A DNA stretch of 63,426 bases, counting the filler, from Octopus bimaculoides (lineage: Eukaryota), in assembly GCF_001194135.2 (NCBI RefSeq). It is 4 parts of 4 records of this genome, joined end to end, with 100 filler letters (N's around TTAATTAATTAA, not from the genome) between each part and the next. Parts side by side here need not be neighbours in the genome. Positions count along the whole stretch, not along the records: positions 23,768 to 55,449 come from NC_068983.1; 3 more parts are not named here. One strand, written 5' to 3'. Below are positions 39,374 to 53,130 of this stretch, in pieces. A model generated the notes under the pieces. It made no database searches, had not been told where the DNA came from, and saw nothing but the letters and a program-made list of their open reading frames with translations. Every line of letters starts with the position of its first letter. Position 1 is the stretch's first letter. The translations under genes were made by a program, and so were the position numbers.

Positions 39374-40476
39374 TGTATGTATATATACATACATATGTAT
39401 ATCGTGTCACGTTAACTTACTTGCGGTGCCGTATCGAGAACTCAGTTGTGTCAAGATTCGTTAGTAAATCCTGTACTCACCTATGAAAAAAAGAAAGAAA
39501 AAGAAACCATATAGTATTCGGTTGAGAATTTTTGTTAAATGGAAATTAAATGGGAATTTTGTATCATATATGAATAGATACATTTGACAAAGAAATTTTA
39601 TATTGCATTGAGACGAAATATAAAAATTAAAAATACACAATATTAGGTGTTATGAATGATCACATTTGAAAAATCATAATAAAATAATAATAAAAATAAA
39701 TTATTAATTCTTGTTAAATGAATGTATCTGCTTCAAGTGATGGGAAATTTTATGAAGGAATATTTAATGACTTATGTGTTTAATATCTTTATTATGCTCG
39801 CTCTTTATTCTTTTTTGTTTAGTTTCCATTTACTGAAAAATTTATATCTTATTAAAATTATATTTCTGTGTTCTGTTCAATATTTTATGCACATTCATAT
39901 GCCAATATATATATATATATACATATATATTGTATGTGTCGTATGTATGTATGCATATGTGTGTGTGTGTGTGTGTGTGTACTCGGACATACACTCACAT
40001 ACTCACACAAGTATGTATGTGAGAGTATGTATCAGTGACAAGTGTATTTATTATAAAAATGCCTGTATGCTAGTTTATGTCTGCCCTTAGGTGTGTGCGT
40101 TTCTTTATGTGTGTTTGTGTTGTATTCATGCATCATGGTTTCACTACTTGTTTTACGTCCCTATATAGTCGCGAGCAGGTAGACAACTCTGTGTCCGTTC
40201 CCACCCAAAATGTTATAGCTGAACGAGTAAAAAGCTCGACTAGAACAAGGCTGGTAAACGTTACCGCTCATTAAATTTCAATAACTTGGAATGAAGTTCT
40301 TTGCTCAAAGCGAGCACCCTCAGCGTAGTTCATCGAACCAATAATCTTACGTTCATTTAACTAACGCTATAATCAATACGCCATGGGTTTTCACTATATC
40401 TGAGTGTATGTATGTGTATGTCTATATAAACGTATATACTCTTTTACTAAGTTCAGCTCGAGCACTGCCACCATGA

Positions 40477-40510
<34 letters not shown>

Positions 40511-41010
40511 NNNNNNNNNNNNNNNNNNNNNNNNNNNNNNNNNNNNNNNNNNNNNNNNNNNNNNNNNNNNNNNNNNNNNNNNNNNNNNNNNNNNNNNNNN
40601 NNNNNNNNNNNNNNNNNNNNNNNNNNNNNNNNNNNNNNNNNNNNNNNNNNNNNNNNNNNNNNNNNNNNNNNNNNNNNNNNNNNNNNNNNNNNNNNNNNNN
40701 NNNNNNNNNNNNNNNNNNNNNNNNNNNNNNNNNNNNNNNNNNNNNNNNNNNNNNNNNNNNNNNNNNNNNNNNNNNNNNNNNNNNNNNNNNNNNNNNNNNN
40801 NNNNNNNNNNNNNNNNNNNNNNNNNNNNNNNNNNNNNNNNNNNNNNNNNNNNNNNNNNNNNNAATATGATATACAATATACAATATAAAATAAAATAAAA
40901 TAAAAATGGATGGCACCATGAAAGAAAGTATTGAATGTAGATGAAATATTGAGTGTTCAATATAAAGGATCAAATATATAAATATATAAATATAAATATA
41001 TATATATAAA

Positions 41011-41050
41011 GGCGACTCGAGTTTCAGGGATATTTCCCTTCGTCATGGCC
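41011..41050 (-). ncRNA. Minimal type I hammerhead-like motif with variant core (same family as 19613-19665)
   Basis: Minus strand: GGC-CA-TGACGA-AGGGA aata TCCCT-GAAAC tcga GTC-GCC. Confidence 0.65.
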
Positions 41051-41125
41051 GGTATGACAGACTTTAACAGACTGTAATAAGTTGGCTGGTTTTCTGTCTT
41101 TTATACTAATTCCTTTGGACGGCAG

Positions 41126-41342
41126 CAGTAGGTGTTTGGCTATTTTTAGAATTGATGTTAAATCTATTTTGAGAAATGATAATATTTTAATTTATTGTTT
41201 TGTGTGGGTTGTAGAGATAAGATTTTTAAACCCCAGTAGGTGTTTGGCTGTTCTTAGAAATGATGCCAAATCTATTTATAGAAATGATGATATCTGAAAG
41301 ATTTTTTGTGTTTTGGTTACAGGGATAAGATTTTTAAACCCC
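41126..41342. repeat. Tandem repeat, two units of 108 bp
   Basis: cagtaggtgtttggct...gataagatttttaaaccc starts at 41126 and 41234. Confidence 0.85.
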
Positions 41343-41740
41343 AAGTAAGATGGATTTATTCATTGTTTGTTAAGAGTGGGTTTGAATTTCTTAATATATA
41401 TATATATATATATATAAACATAATATTTACAGTTATGTGTGCGCTCACGCATGTGTAAATACACATACTAACATATGCACCATGTGTACCAAGTAGTGAA
41501 AAGTTTCATTTGCCTATTGTCGTTTCACCTGAAAATAATGTTACAGTGGTGATAAAAATTCTCCTAACTATGATAAAGACTACTGATGGAAAGAAAGCGT
41601 TGCCCAATCTCACCGTACTAACAATGCTTGGGGAAATTAATGCAATCTCTTTTCTTAAAATAACAACAAAGCCGTCATAGAAACAAACCGGACATAAACT
41701 GGATAGCAAACTGTCAATTTTTTTTTTTTAGTAAACATAC

Positions 41741-42132
41741 GCGGGATTGGCTGTGTGGTAAGTAGCTTTCTTACCAACCTCATGGTTCTGGGTTCAGTCC
41801 CACTGCGTGGCACCTTGGGCAAGTGTCTTCTACTATAGCCTCGGGCTGNNNNNNNNNNNNNNNNNNNNNNNNNNNNNNNNNNNNNNNNNNNNNNNNNNNN
41901 NNNNNNNNNNNNNNNNNNNNNNNNNNNNNNNNNNNNNNNNNNNNNNNNNNNNNNNNNNNNNNNNNNNNNNNNNNNNNNNNNNNNNNNNNNNNNNNNNNNN
42001 NNNNNNNNNNNNNNNNNNNNCCGATAGAATAAGTACTAAGCTTCCAAAGAATAAGACCTGGGGTGGATTTGCTCGACTAAAGGCGGTGCTCCAGCATGGC
42101 CACAGTCAAATGACTGAAACAAGTAAAGGAGT
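41741..42132 (+). mobile_element. tRNA-derived SINE spanning a gap
   Basis: A box tggctgtgtggtaag, B box gggttcagtccc, ggcaccttgggcaagtgtctt; the tail follows after the gap. Confidence 0.85.
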
Positions 42133-42310
42133 ATGCGTAAACGATGAGCCTCATGTCAATTATTGTATTAATCATCAAATACATGCTGCAAAACTCCCTT
42201 TGGACTAATCCCTTCTGATTGCCGATTACTTAGAATTACCGAGTGTTAAAACTCCTTCAAACTCTTCAACGCAACAAGCCGACCGATTTTGATGGTGGTT
42301 TTCTTTCTCC

Positions 42311-42371
<61 letters not shown>

Positions 42372-44304
42372 ATTACCAGCGAGCAGCGTGAACCATAGAC
42401 AGCTACTATCCTTACAAAACTGTTAAACAATATTGCATATACAGGCATAGAAACCATTATATTCGTTCGCTTCCCTGCAGCTCCAACATTTTTACGGCTA
42501 CTAATCTACTAATTACTCAATTATCACCTCAAGATTCAGAATCTCAAAGATGACAACTACAACTGCCTCCATCATGACGTTCCATCACTCTCCTCCTCTT
42601 ATGTCAATATCAGAACACTAGTGTACTTTCTTCAATAGGGCCGTCTTTGACACCTTCAATAAATATTTTATCCCAATCTAGCACCAATACTTCTTTACTA
42701 CATAAAAGAAAAGTTAGGAAGGTTGGTTTTCAAATTTTGTAGATTCCCCACACATATCATACCCTCGGGATGGGAAGTGATGCCAATCTCGCCGACGTCC
42801 GAAATATAAGAATATATCCCACGCACTTCCATTATTGGAACTTCTCTCTATACATGTCTATCACTCTTAGTATCCTTCTTCCGTGCGTGTAATATAGGCT
42901 TCTTTTATAAAGGCTTCTTTTATAAAGAGTATCCAATGCGATCATCTTAATTAAATCTCTTGGAACAGACCTAAGACACAATTACAACACATATCATCGA
43001 AACTGCTTTGTATTACAATCTCACAACACACGAACAAAACATACCTGAATCCCTTTAAGTCCTTTCAAATTGTAAGCTAAATAACCTTGTCCGCTCTTAC
43101 AATGAACTCAGTTATACAATGTTCGCAAGCATCTCCTATATGGTCGTTTAAAACGCCAAATCTCTATAAAATTTCAGTTTACTGTCAAGGAAATTGAGAA
43201 ACTCATTTGATATGAATTGCAGAATACACAATGTCCCTGGGAACGAAAGAATAGTCATGGCTAATAATTTCAAAATAATTTATCTTAATTTATAATATTA
43301 CTCTCATATAATAATTTACGGAGGCATCTTTATTGTTCATTTTTTTTTCTACAGCCGATAGAATGACATGTCTGCTAAACTAGCAAAGAGCTAACTACTT
43401 CCATACTTAGTGGCATTTCGTCTGGCCTTATTGCTCTGCGTTCAAATTCCTCTGAGATCGACTTTGCTTTTCATTCTTTCGAACGATGTAAGCGACTAGC
43501 ATCTCTCCACAAAGTTTCAACTTTGTGTCAATAGTACTAATGACTACCAAGCACTCATCACACACACACTCCTCATCTTCAATCAAAATACATATCTTCT
43601 AACAGACTTGTACGTGTCACATATTTAGTGCCACAGAGTGACACAGACGAATGCTGTAACTCTAAACCTAACTAGTATGTTAGTCATACTAACATTCACC
43701 ACTCATATGTGAATTAAGAATGAGGAATTTAATTTCTATTCGAAGGTAAAGTGATACCTTACACGCATCAGAACTATTATTACGAAGCACTCGATTTATA
43801 TGACAGAAAATAATTTTGGCAGAAGTAAACCTCGAGGTCTATAAAATAATTGCAATTCTCTCCCGATATATGGTATGCTGTTTCGTTGCTTTAATTAATT
43901 AATTTGTTACCAATGTACTAATATGCAAATGGCGGAAATCAACACATTTTACTCATAGAATATTTTAAAATTAAGTCAACACTATTTTAAATCTTTTAGA
44001 ACGTAATGGCTCGATATTCTTTACAAGCAGGCAGAAATCAAGCGAAACTTGGTCAGTTCTGCAGAGAGAGACTTGTGATTTAGTGAAATGAAATTTTATT
44101 TTATTGAACGCATGCATCTAAAATCTTTAATACAAAGCACGCGCGCACATATATACCACAATGACATACAGAGCGATACAGACAAAGGAAGAGGACATAA
44201 ACGTGAGTATCTGTGCATATATATACACATCGCACATTGTCAATCACCACATGTAATAATCATATAACCAAAGCTGACACAAACATGCATACATATATTC
44301 TTAT

Positions 44305-44340
<36 letters not shown>

Positions 44341-44378
44341 TATACATACACATGATTATATATACACTTATTTATATG

Positions 44379-44427
<49 letters not shown>

Positions 44428-44937
44428 GCACAAACTTATATATAAATATATACAAATACATACACTCAATAATAAATGCACAGATACATATGCCAAGCTA
44501 TAAACACAAGTGCGTATAAAAATTGATATATCGATCTGTTATTTTTAGGAATACTGAATGATAAATTATGATTGTGTGACGTGAGTTGTCATTATACCAG
44601 CCATTAGTTTCCTGTTTAGAAACTGGAGAGTGTTCATGTAACAGGAAATCACTATTAAGGAACACATTATATATGTGTGAATGTGTGGGTGCGCGGGTGT
44701 ATGTGTATGCATATATATATAAATATATATATATATATGCAAGTATCATATACATATGTATATATAAATATGCATGTCTGTGTATACAGTCATATATATT
44801 TTTTTATATATATATACACACATGTATCTATATATTTACATATACATATAGATACATACACACATCAAGAGCAAGGTCTTTCTCCCCCACCCTCTCTCAA
44901 TATCTATATTTGTAGGCTTCGTGCGAGGGTGTGTGTG

Positions 44938-44987
<50 letters not shown>

Positions 44988-45438
44988 TACATACTTATAT
45001 ATACCTCTGTGTGTGTGTGTGTGTGGGTGTATGTGTGTGTGTGTGTGTACGTGTGCGTGTGTTTGTGTGTGTTGTTCATATTTGCATGTATATCTGTTTT
45101 CCTTTCCTCTTTTCTCTCTGCCTTCTCTAATATCCTTCTATCTCTGTCACTATCTCTTCATAGTCTGAGTGTGTGTGTGTGTGTATGAGTTTGTGTGTGT
45201 ATGTGTGTGTGAGTGTGTGTGTGAGTGTGTGTGCTTGTGTATTTCTGCACACACGCATGAGTACCTGCTTTATTTCGTTACATAATATTGTTTAGATTCT
45301 AATTAAATCTCATCAAAATCTCAGCTTCGATTACAATCGAAACATCAACAAAATATCTAGTCACTGTACTTATCGCATTAAGAAGTGTTCTATTTCGTTT
45401 CTTTTTCTCTCTTTTCACGGAATACTTCTTTCCCACAT

Positions 45439-45466
45439 CTGATGAACAACCTGCGTCCGAAACGTT
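45439..45466 (+). ncRNA. Degenerate PLE-type hammerhead remnant
   Basis: CTGATGA-A-caac ctgc gtcc-GAAACGTT. The core is intact but stems I and II are poorly paired. Confidence 0.35.
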
Positions 45467-45934
45467 GAGCCTTATTGCTTCCATTAAATTGTTAAGCCTA
45501 TATGCGCACGTGTTTATTCCGTTTTGACCTATAAACATACGCGCTTGCACACATGTAAAAAACCGAGGCACACACACGCACGTATCTATCTTTCTATATA
45601 AATATATATATATATACATACAGATAATGGTTAAGAGCCATATAAGCTCAATATAGAAAACACGTAGTAGTAACCTCCGAATCTTTTAACCAGGATCAGA
45701 TCCACGGTGTGAAGAGTGGCTATAAGAGAAATCCAAGGCAAACTGATATGGAGGTAGTTATGCAAATGAACACAGTAAGGTTTCACGTATATAGACATAT
45801 ATAGATATATACATATATCATTCTCCTTGAACCACTCTCCTTTTCTCAGCATATCTTCCTCTACTAATACCTTTTATCTTTTTCTTCTCTGCGTATAGAC
45901 TAATTGTGTTTATTTGTATCACTACTTGTATATA

Positions 45935-46139
45935 CGAGGTGGTGCTGAAACGTTCTTGGCTTTAAGGGCGTCGCGAAAGGTCTGGCTGGAGATCCAACCT
46001 TCCGAGGTCTTTTACAGGGCTTAGAAAAATTGAAGGACCACTGCAATTAGTGTGTGAATCTGGGAGGAATAAAATCGTTTTAACTGATCGTCCTGTATTT
46101 TCTTTTACATAAAGCCAAGAACTTTTCAACACTCTCACG
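45935..46139 (+). mobile_element. mariner-derived MITE
   Basis: TIRs cgaggtggtgctgaaacgttcttggcttta and taaagccaagaacttttcaacactctcacg, TA on both flanks, and an internal GLEKLKDHCN.CVNLGG (mariner C-terminus-like). Confidence 0.8.
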
Positions 46140-46259
46140 TATATATAAGAAGGGCTTCTTTCAATCTCCTTCAGCCAAACCAGAGGCTAAAGTAAAAGAC
46201 ACCTAGGCAGGATGTCCACACGCAGTGGGGTGGAAATGGAACGATGTGGTTCGGAAGCA

Positions 46260-46378
46260 AAGTGGCCGAGTGGTTAGGGTGTTGCACTTACGATAGCTAA
46301 ATCGCAGATTCGATACCCGGACCAGGCGACACGTTGTGTTCTTGAGCATAACACTTCATTTCACGTTGTGCTGCGGTA
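46260..46378 (+). mobile_element. SINE head fragment (family of 20235-20554)
   Basis: tggccgagtggttag...gattcgatacccggacc..ttgtgttcttgagca.aacactt.atttcacgttg. Confidence 0.65.
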
Positions 46379-47609
46379 AGGAGACTGGCACAATCGTTGG
46401 CGCTTCGGCAGAGATGCTTTACAATATATCTTCCGGATGTCTACAGTCTGAAGCAATAGCAAACCACTCCTGGATTCATCCCAAATCTGGCCACACACAC
46501 ATACACACACGCACGAACGCACACACATACACTCATCATTTACTATACACAGAGTTTAAATTCAAGTTACTATTAGTTTCCTACCTTAAAAATACGATAG
46601 TTGGACAATGTCGTATAGCGTGCGGCGTATTTCTAAGTAATCACCAGACTCTAAAATACTCTAAAATGATGGCTGCTCTTTGATTATGAAAAAAAAGAAA
46701 GACGAGGCGGTGCAAGAAATGAAATTGATAATGGAGAAGTGATGTTACAACGTTTCTTCGTCTCTTTTCCCGCGGTGCCTATCATCTTTGTTTTAACAAC
46801 TTTGATATTGTCCTCATTTATATCATTTTAGTAGTTCAGTGAAAGTACTATAAGTTTTGATTGCCACTCATGTCTTGGGCTCGAGAACTTCCCGTTAAAT
46901 TGCACCGTTGTTATGTGCACACATGTCAATTTCTTTGATGCAAACTCTAGCTACTTTAGAGTCCATAGTTTTCGGTTAGCCTCCTGAGTCTAAAGCAAAT
47001 CTGCAATAAAAAAATATTGCAGAGATGAGAATCCCACTTTTTGCTAAACATAGTCTACGATTTTATTACACACAGTCTTACATTTTGCTTCTTCTCTTAA
47101 TTCTTTTTTTTTTTTTCTTAAGTTGGTAGGGTGTGATTTGAAATCGGTTTGATAGCTATTTCATAATGATCAAGAGACTAATTAGACTCCCACGCTGTCT
47201 CGCTGGAGGAAGAACGAATAGTCATGGAGCAGATGATACAAAAATGGATGATAGTATTTTTAGTGATGCAAGTATTGTTGCTGCTGCTGTTGCTACTCCT
47301 GGTATTAACGGTCAATTGTGCTTTCGGCTGTTCTATTAATATTAGTGGTCAAAGTTTGTTGATGGTGCTGATGGTTTCGGTAATGGAATGTTGTATGTAT
47401 GTAAACGGTTGAACGAGGGCTAATGGAGATAGCAGTAATGGTATTGATTGAACCGGCGGGGACGTTACTGATGGAATATACTTGAGGTGATGTTACAGAT
47501 GGTATTTGATATGAAATTGATACTAATGGTGAGTTGGATGATAATGTGATGGGGCTGCTTGTAACAGTCGCACAACAGACTTGTTTGCGCCGTTTTGCGG
47601 CGCCGTGAC

Positions 47610-47670
<61 letters not shown>

Positions 47671-47957
47671 TCAACAGTCGTGGGGTGTTTGTATTCGATG
47701 AAATGTTGGTGAGAGCGTTGATGGTACTGATGTTCATAATGATATTCATGATTGTAAATCGCGGGAATGATGATGATGGGGTGTTGTGATCTTAATGTCG
47801 GTGTGGCTGCTGCGAAGGTGGTGGGGAATCTGGTAGTAATTGAAGAGGGTGGCGTAATGACGCTGATAAGGTTGATGGTTTTTGTTTTGTAGGTGGTAAT
47901 GTGTTCGATGTGTTGGTGATGGTTATAGTAACTGTGTTGCTTGTTATATTGGTGGTG

Positions 47958-47989
<32 letters not shown>

Positions 47990-47990
47990 T

Positions 47991-48022
<32 letters not shown>

Positions 48023-48329
48023 GGTGGTGNNNNNNNNNNNNNNNNNNNNNNNNNNNNNNNNNNNNNNNNNNNNNNNNNNNNNNNNNNNNNNNNNNNNNNN
48101 NNNNNNNNNNNNNNNNNNNNNNNNNNNNNNNNNNNNNNNNNNNNNNNNNNNNNNNNNNNNNNNNNNNNNNNNNNNNNNNNNNNNNNNNNNNNNNNNNNNN
48201 NNNNNNNNNNNNNNNNNNNNNNNNNNNNNNNNNNNNNNNNNNNNNNNNNNNNNNNNNNNNNNNNNNNNNNNNNNNNNGGTGATTGTGGTGGGGTGGTTGT
48301 AGTGTTGGTGGTAGTGGTAGTAGTTGTAA

Positions 48330-48373
<44 letters not shown>

Positions 48374-50002
48374 CTGGAGTAGAGGAGCACGAGAAGTTGA
48401 TGGTGTTGATAGTGGTAGTTGTTAGCCTAATGATGACTGTGGTTGATGGCAGTAATGCTTAATGGCGGTGTCGGTTGATGGCGGTATTTGTGGGTAATGA
48501 CGGAGAAGGGCAACAAAAGAAGGAAAATGAAGTCATCTATTAAAACAAATTATACAAGATGCAATCTGAAACGCGCGCGCGCACATACTCATACACTCTC
48601 GCACATAAAGGGCGAAACAGATATCTAGACAGACTAATGAGAAACACAGGAAAGATGAAGATGGAAAATGGCTAGACAAAAAAGAACAAACGACAAAAAG
48701 AAACAAACGAAAATCGGAGATGATAGATAAATAGAGAATAGATAAGAATAAATTAAACTATACTGGTGCAGTTTGCACTGAAATCGATATAAGCAAGTAA
48801 TAGGATATCGAGAATGATGATATAATTCGTTTGTTGAATGATGATCGAACTCTGCATACCATATATTAGTAAATAAATACATTTAAAAATAAATTAATGA
48901 TTTATTGGCTGGTGTTGTGCGCAGAGCAGGGAGTGCAGCTGACCCAGTGGACGGACATCCAAACGAGAGGTCGATGAAGTGTGTCCTCTCTTAGGTGCTG
49001 TGTCATGTGTAAGCAGACCAGACAGACGACAAGACGGGCGCTGAACTTTCAAATGGCCAGTATCAAATGACCATAGTTGTAAGTAGGCGCTTGAAGATAT
49101 AAAATAACCCAGGTTTGATTCATATGGGTGAAAGTAAAAACTGTAAAATTGTGTGACCTTGCAGTGAGCCCACTCGATAGCAAATGTTTCGTCTGCATTT
49201 TGATTATTTCACATCATTTACTCCAATTACCTTTGATTTCTGATCAGGTTCACTAGTTAATGATAAGCTTCATAACTGTTATTTACTAACGATATCTTCC
49301 ATGTTAAGCCAGCAACACATTTGAGATCATGAAGTATTTTCCGAACATCTAATTTTGTCCTTCAACATTATGTTGGAAACCATAGAAAATACAGCCACAT
49401 TCTTCGAAAGATTTAATCCAAAACTTTAGTTTTGACTAAATAACTGCAAAGAATAATAAAAATGTTCCCAATAGAGGCAGACGGTTACAACTTCTGGGGG
49501 ACGGTTACAGTCGATTCAATTGACTTCATTATATGACTGCTACATATTATATCTATCTTGAAAGGATGAAAAGTGAAATGAAACCGGTAGAATTTTCCCA
49601 ACAACTGCTGTTGGTGCATTGGTGCAAGGTCTCATTATGGAAGAGGGTTATGGTTAAGGAAGAAAATGTGCAATTAAGCCTAGCGTGAATTGAATTTGTA
49701 GCGAAAAGACACGCAAATACAAATAAAATCTATTGCCCTTTCTAAAAATTCTTTCTACTATAGGCACAGAATCTGAAGTCTTGGGTGGAGACGGGGTTAG
49801 TCAAATACATCAACACCAGTGCTCAACTGGTACTTATTTGCTCGTCTCGAATTTGAAATCAGAAGGTAAAAGTGGACAAAATGCATAACAGCATTTTGTC
49901 CAGCGAGGTAACTACTTTGCCAGCTCGCCTAACAACAACAACAACAACAACAACAACAATAAAATAATAATAATAATAATTTTAGCACAAAGCCAGGTAT
50001 TT

Positions 50003-50180
50003 TGAGGGAGGGTGCTAGTCGATTATATTGATCCCAATGTTCAACTGTTACTTAATCTATCGATCCCCGAAAGGATGAAAGGCAAAGTCGACCTCGGCGG
50101 AATTTGAACCGACAAAGTGCAAACAGACGAAATGCTTCTAAGCATTTTGCCCGTTGGGCTAACGATTCTGCAAGCTCGCC
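50003..50180 (-). mobile_element. CORE-like tRNA SINE
   Basis: Minus strand: ggcgagcttgcagaatcgttagc (A box)...ggttcaaattccgccgaggtcgactttgcctttcatcctttcggggatcgata. Related degenerate copies lie at about 43365, 49500, 49790, 51880, 52450 and 54350. Confidence 0.75.
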
Positions 50181-50184
50181 ATCT

Positions 50185-50185
<1 letters not shown>

Positions 50186-50215
<30 letters not shown>

Positions 50216-50492
50216 AAGAAGAAGNNNNNNNNNNNNNNNNNNNNNNNNNNNNNNNNNNNNNNNNNNNNNNNNNNNNNNNNNNNNNNNNNNNNNNNNNNNN
50301 NNNNNNNNNNNNNNNNNNNNNNNNNNNNNNNNNNGAGGAGGAGGAAGGGGAGAAGAAGAAGAAGGAGAAGAAGAAGAAGAAGAAGAAGAAGGAGAAGAAG
50401 AAGAAGAAGAAGAAGAAGTAAAAGAAGAAGAAGAAGAAGAAGAAGAAGAAGAAGAAGAAGAAGAAGAAGAAGAAGAAGAAGAAGAAGAAGAA
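50186..50492. repeat. (GAA)n/(GGA)n microsatellite spanning a gap
   Basis: Direct inspection; a similar tract lies at 28030-28212. Confidence 0.95.
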
Positions 50493-51331
50493 TGGTTTGT
50501 TACATAATAACATAGCCACAGATTTTGAAAGCGGCATCGATTAAATAAATCCCAGTACTTTTCATTTAAGTATATCGTGCATTTTCTGAAGGGTAGTATC
50601 GTTGGCTATAAGTTTACCATGGGCCAACCATTTGTTCATTGGAAGTTCGATACTGACAAAGAAGTGTCACTTAACGCCGAAAGAATGTAGCCTAAGCTAC
50701 TGTTGTTCCGAGGTCCGATTTATCAGTTTTCTCTCTAATGCTTACGTTTTTCGTTGATGTATATTCATAAAAACCTATACAGATTTGCAGTAAAGGTGAT
50801 AGACATGTATATAGAGGACAAGTTTCCCGATTTCCATCCACAAATATTTTGCTTACAAGGTATTGGCTAACTTGAGACCAGCTTAAAATATATTTGCTCA
50901 AGAGGCTGAGTGTTAGAGATCGAACCCAGAATCAAGTGGCTACGAAGCGAATTTCTTAATCGTGCAGCTATTATAGTTTGACCGGTACTATGTCAATGAT
51001 CCAGAAGCAGAAAATGCCAAGTTGATTCCGGTTAAACTTGAAATGTAAACGAACTCTAATTAATGTATTTAATGCTTTCGATTGACAATTGATCATGTAA
51101 TTTGTACCTGGTAATTCCTCTCCAGGTCACAGCTAGTATTTTGTGTTTTTAACAGAAAGCTAGCAGTTGCCTATCCTGTAAGTCATCCCTATCCATGTCA
51201 CTGACAGTGTGAAATGGAGACGTAAATAAATATGCAGCTTCGAATCAGGATCTCTTAAACGAACTTAAAACGTAAAACGTTGAACAAATTACAGATTCTA
51301 ACAACCCTAAACTATATTATATTTAATAAGT

Positions 51332-51722
51332 TGTTGTTGTTGTTGGCACTCCGTCGCTTACGACGTCGAGGGTTCCAGTTGATCCGATCAACGGAACAGC
51401 CTACTCGTGAAATTAACGTGCAAGTAGATGAGCACTCCACAGACACGTGTACCCTTAACGTAGTTCTCGGGGATATTCAGCGTTAGACAGTGTGACAAGG
51501 CTGACCCTTTGATTTACAGGCACAACAGAAACAGGAAGAAAGAGTGAGAGAAAGTTGTGGTGAAAGAGTACAGCAGGGTTGGCCACAATCCCCTGCCGGA
51601 GCCTCGTGGAGCTTTAGGTGTTTTCGCTCAATAAACACTCACAACGCCCGGTCTGGGAATCGAAACCGCGATCCTATGACCGCGAGTCCGCTGCCCTAAC
51701 CACTGGACCATTGCGCCTCCAC
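51332..51722 (-). mobile_element. Full-length tRNA-derived SINE (about 390 bp, octopus OK/OR-type) with TSD
   Basis: Minus head GGAGGCGCAATGGTCCAGTGGTTAGGGCAGCGGACTCGCGG..GGTTTCGATTCCC and a (CAA)n tail. TSD ATTTAATAAGT at 51321-31 and 51723-33. Confidence 0.92.
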
Positions 51723-52117
51723 ATTTAATAAGTATTCCTTGTTATATAAAGATGCGCAATGTATTTTCGTTTTTCGCTATTTTATACTTTTTGTCTTCCA
51801 CTACGCTTCCTCTGCAGACCATGATTTCTAACATTGGCCCCAGCTCAGACATTTCGTAGGCAGTGGTACAGTCGATTATAAACCAATCAGTACGTAAGCA
51901 TTTATTATTATATCGACACCAGAAAGATAAAATGTAACGTCAGACCCGGTGGAATTTAAATGCTGAGTATAGAGGGAGATAAATACCGCAACGCACTCAA
52001 GTGATTCCACCATGCATCTCTGTCTTTCTAATGATTTATACAATCGCTAACAGTGACGCACATCATACTACTACTATCACTGTTATTATTAACAACAATG
52101 ACAACAACAACAACCAC

Positions 52118-52166
<49 letters not shown>

Positions 52167-52956
52167 GAATAACAACTACTGATTTAGTTATTAAATCATA
52201 CAGAAGACGTTTATAGCTTCATTAAACATTTAATTATCTAATATAATTATACTTCGAGATCTTTCTTTCGTCTTGAAAGAAATCATTTGATTGATCAGAA
52301 TAAGCAAGGAGATATAGCAAAAGATTTATCAATTTTTCCTATTCATTTACTCTTATAACTATTGATTTATTACACTGTCACAAAATTTGTTTTGTTTAGG
52401 TGTTTTTGTCTTGTTTTTTTGTTGTTTTTTTTTCTTCTATTTTTTACTAGTAGAGAGTATATTCGATAAATCGACGTCAGTATATGACTGATACTGTTTA
52501 TATCGATTGGCGGTGAGGACGACAACTGAAGACGACTCGTCAGAATCTGAATCAAGAACATAGATACTGTAAGGATATTTTAGCTGGCGTTCTAATGTCG
52601 GTGGTGCTAATTCACCAAATTGACTGTTACCGAAATTGCTTTGTTTTCAATTTCGTCTTGATTCGGTATAAAACCCTGTATTTTAGAGAAGGTGAAAAGG
52701 GCGCAAACAAACGGGATGTAATACCAATGAAATGTAATACCAGAGCATGTCTGTGAATCAATGGAAGGGAAGCAAATCGGTATCAGATAGAAGCTGAGAA
52801 TAGTTCATGCCCTCAGACTTCGTTACAAATATTGGATTCTTATACTGTCACGCAACCGCATAATTTTAGATCAGTGGTGTAGAAGATTGAATCCAAACCA
52901 GTTCATGTATGGAACTTTTTTTATCGATTCCCACCTCCAACTGGATGAACAGCAAA

Positions 52957-53094
52957 GCTAGCTGTGTGGTAAGTAGCTTGCTTGCCAACCACATTCTTCC
53001 GGATTCAGTCTCACTGCGTGGTACCTTGGGCAAGTATCGGGCCGACAAAAGCCTTCCGAGTGGATTTAATAGACGGAAACTGAAAGAAGCCCGT

Positions 53095-53130
<36 letters not shown>
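52957..53130 (+). mobile_element. tRNA SINE 5' half (family of 41741)
   Basis: gctgtgtggtaagtagcttgct..ccaaccacat..ccttgggcaagt..tagacggaaactgaaagaagccc followed by (TA)n. Confidence 0.8.

Noticed and set aside
42500-43120. Possible very old CR1-like LINE 3' end
   Set aside because: Only vague peptide resemblance; not supportable without a search.
47465-48390. Long stop-free frames rich in T/H/S/Y, and the many YI/CV/TH-repeat ORFs elsewhere
   Set aside because: These are products of trinucleotide and dinucleotide microsatellites and N gaps, with no domain-like content.
51650-51722. tRNA-like sequences (also at 20235, 41741 and 46260)
   Set aside because: They continue into SINE bodies and tails, one with a TSD. 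They are SINE heads, not tRNA genes.
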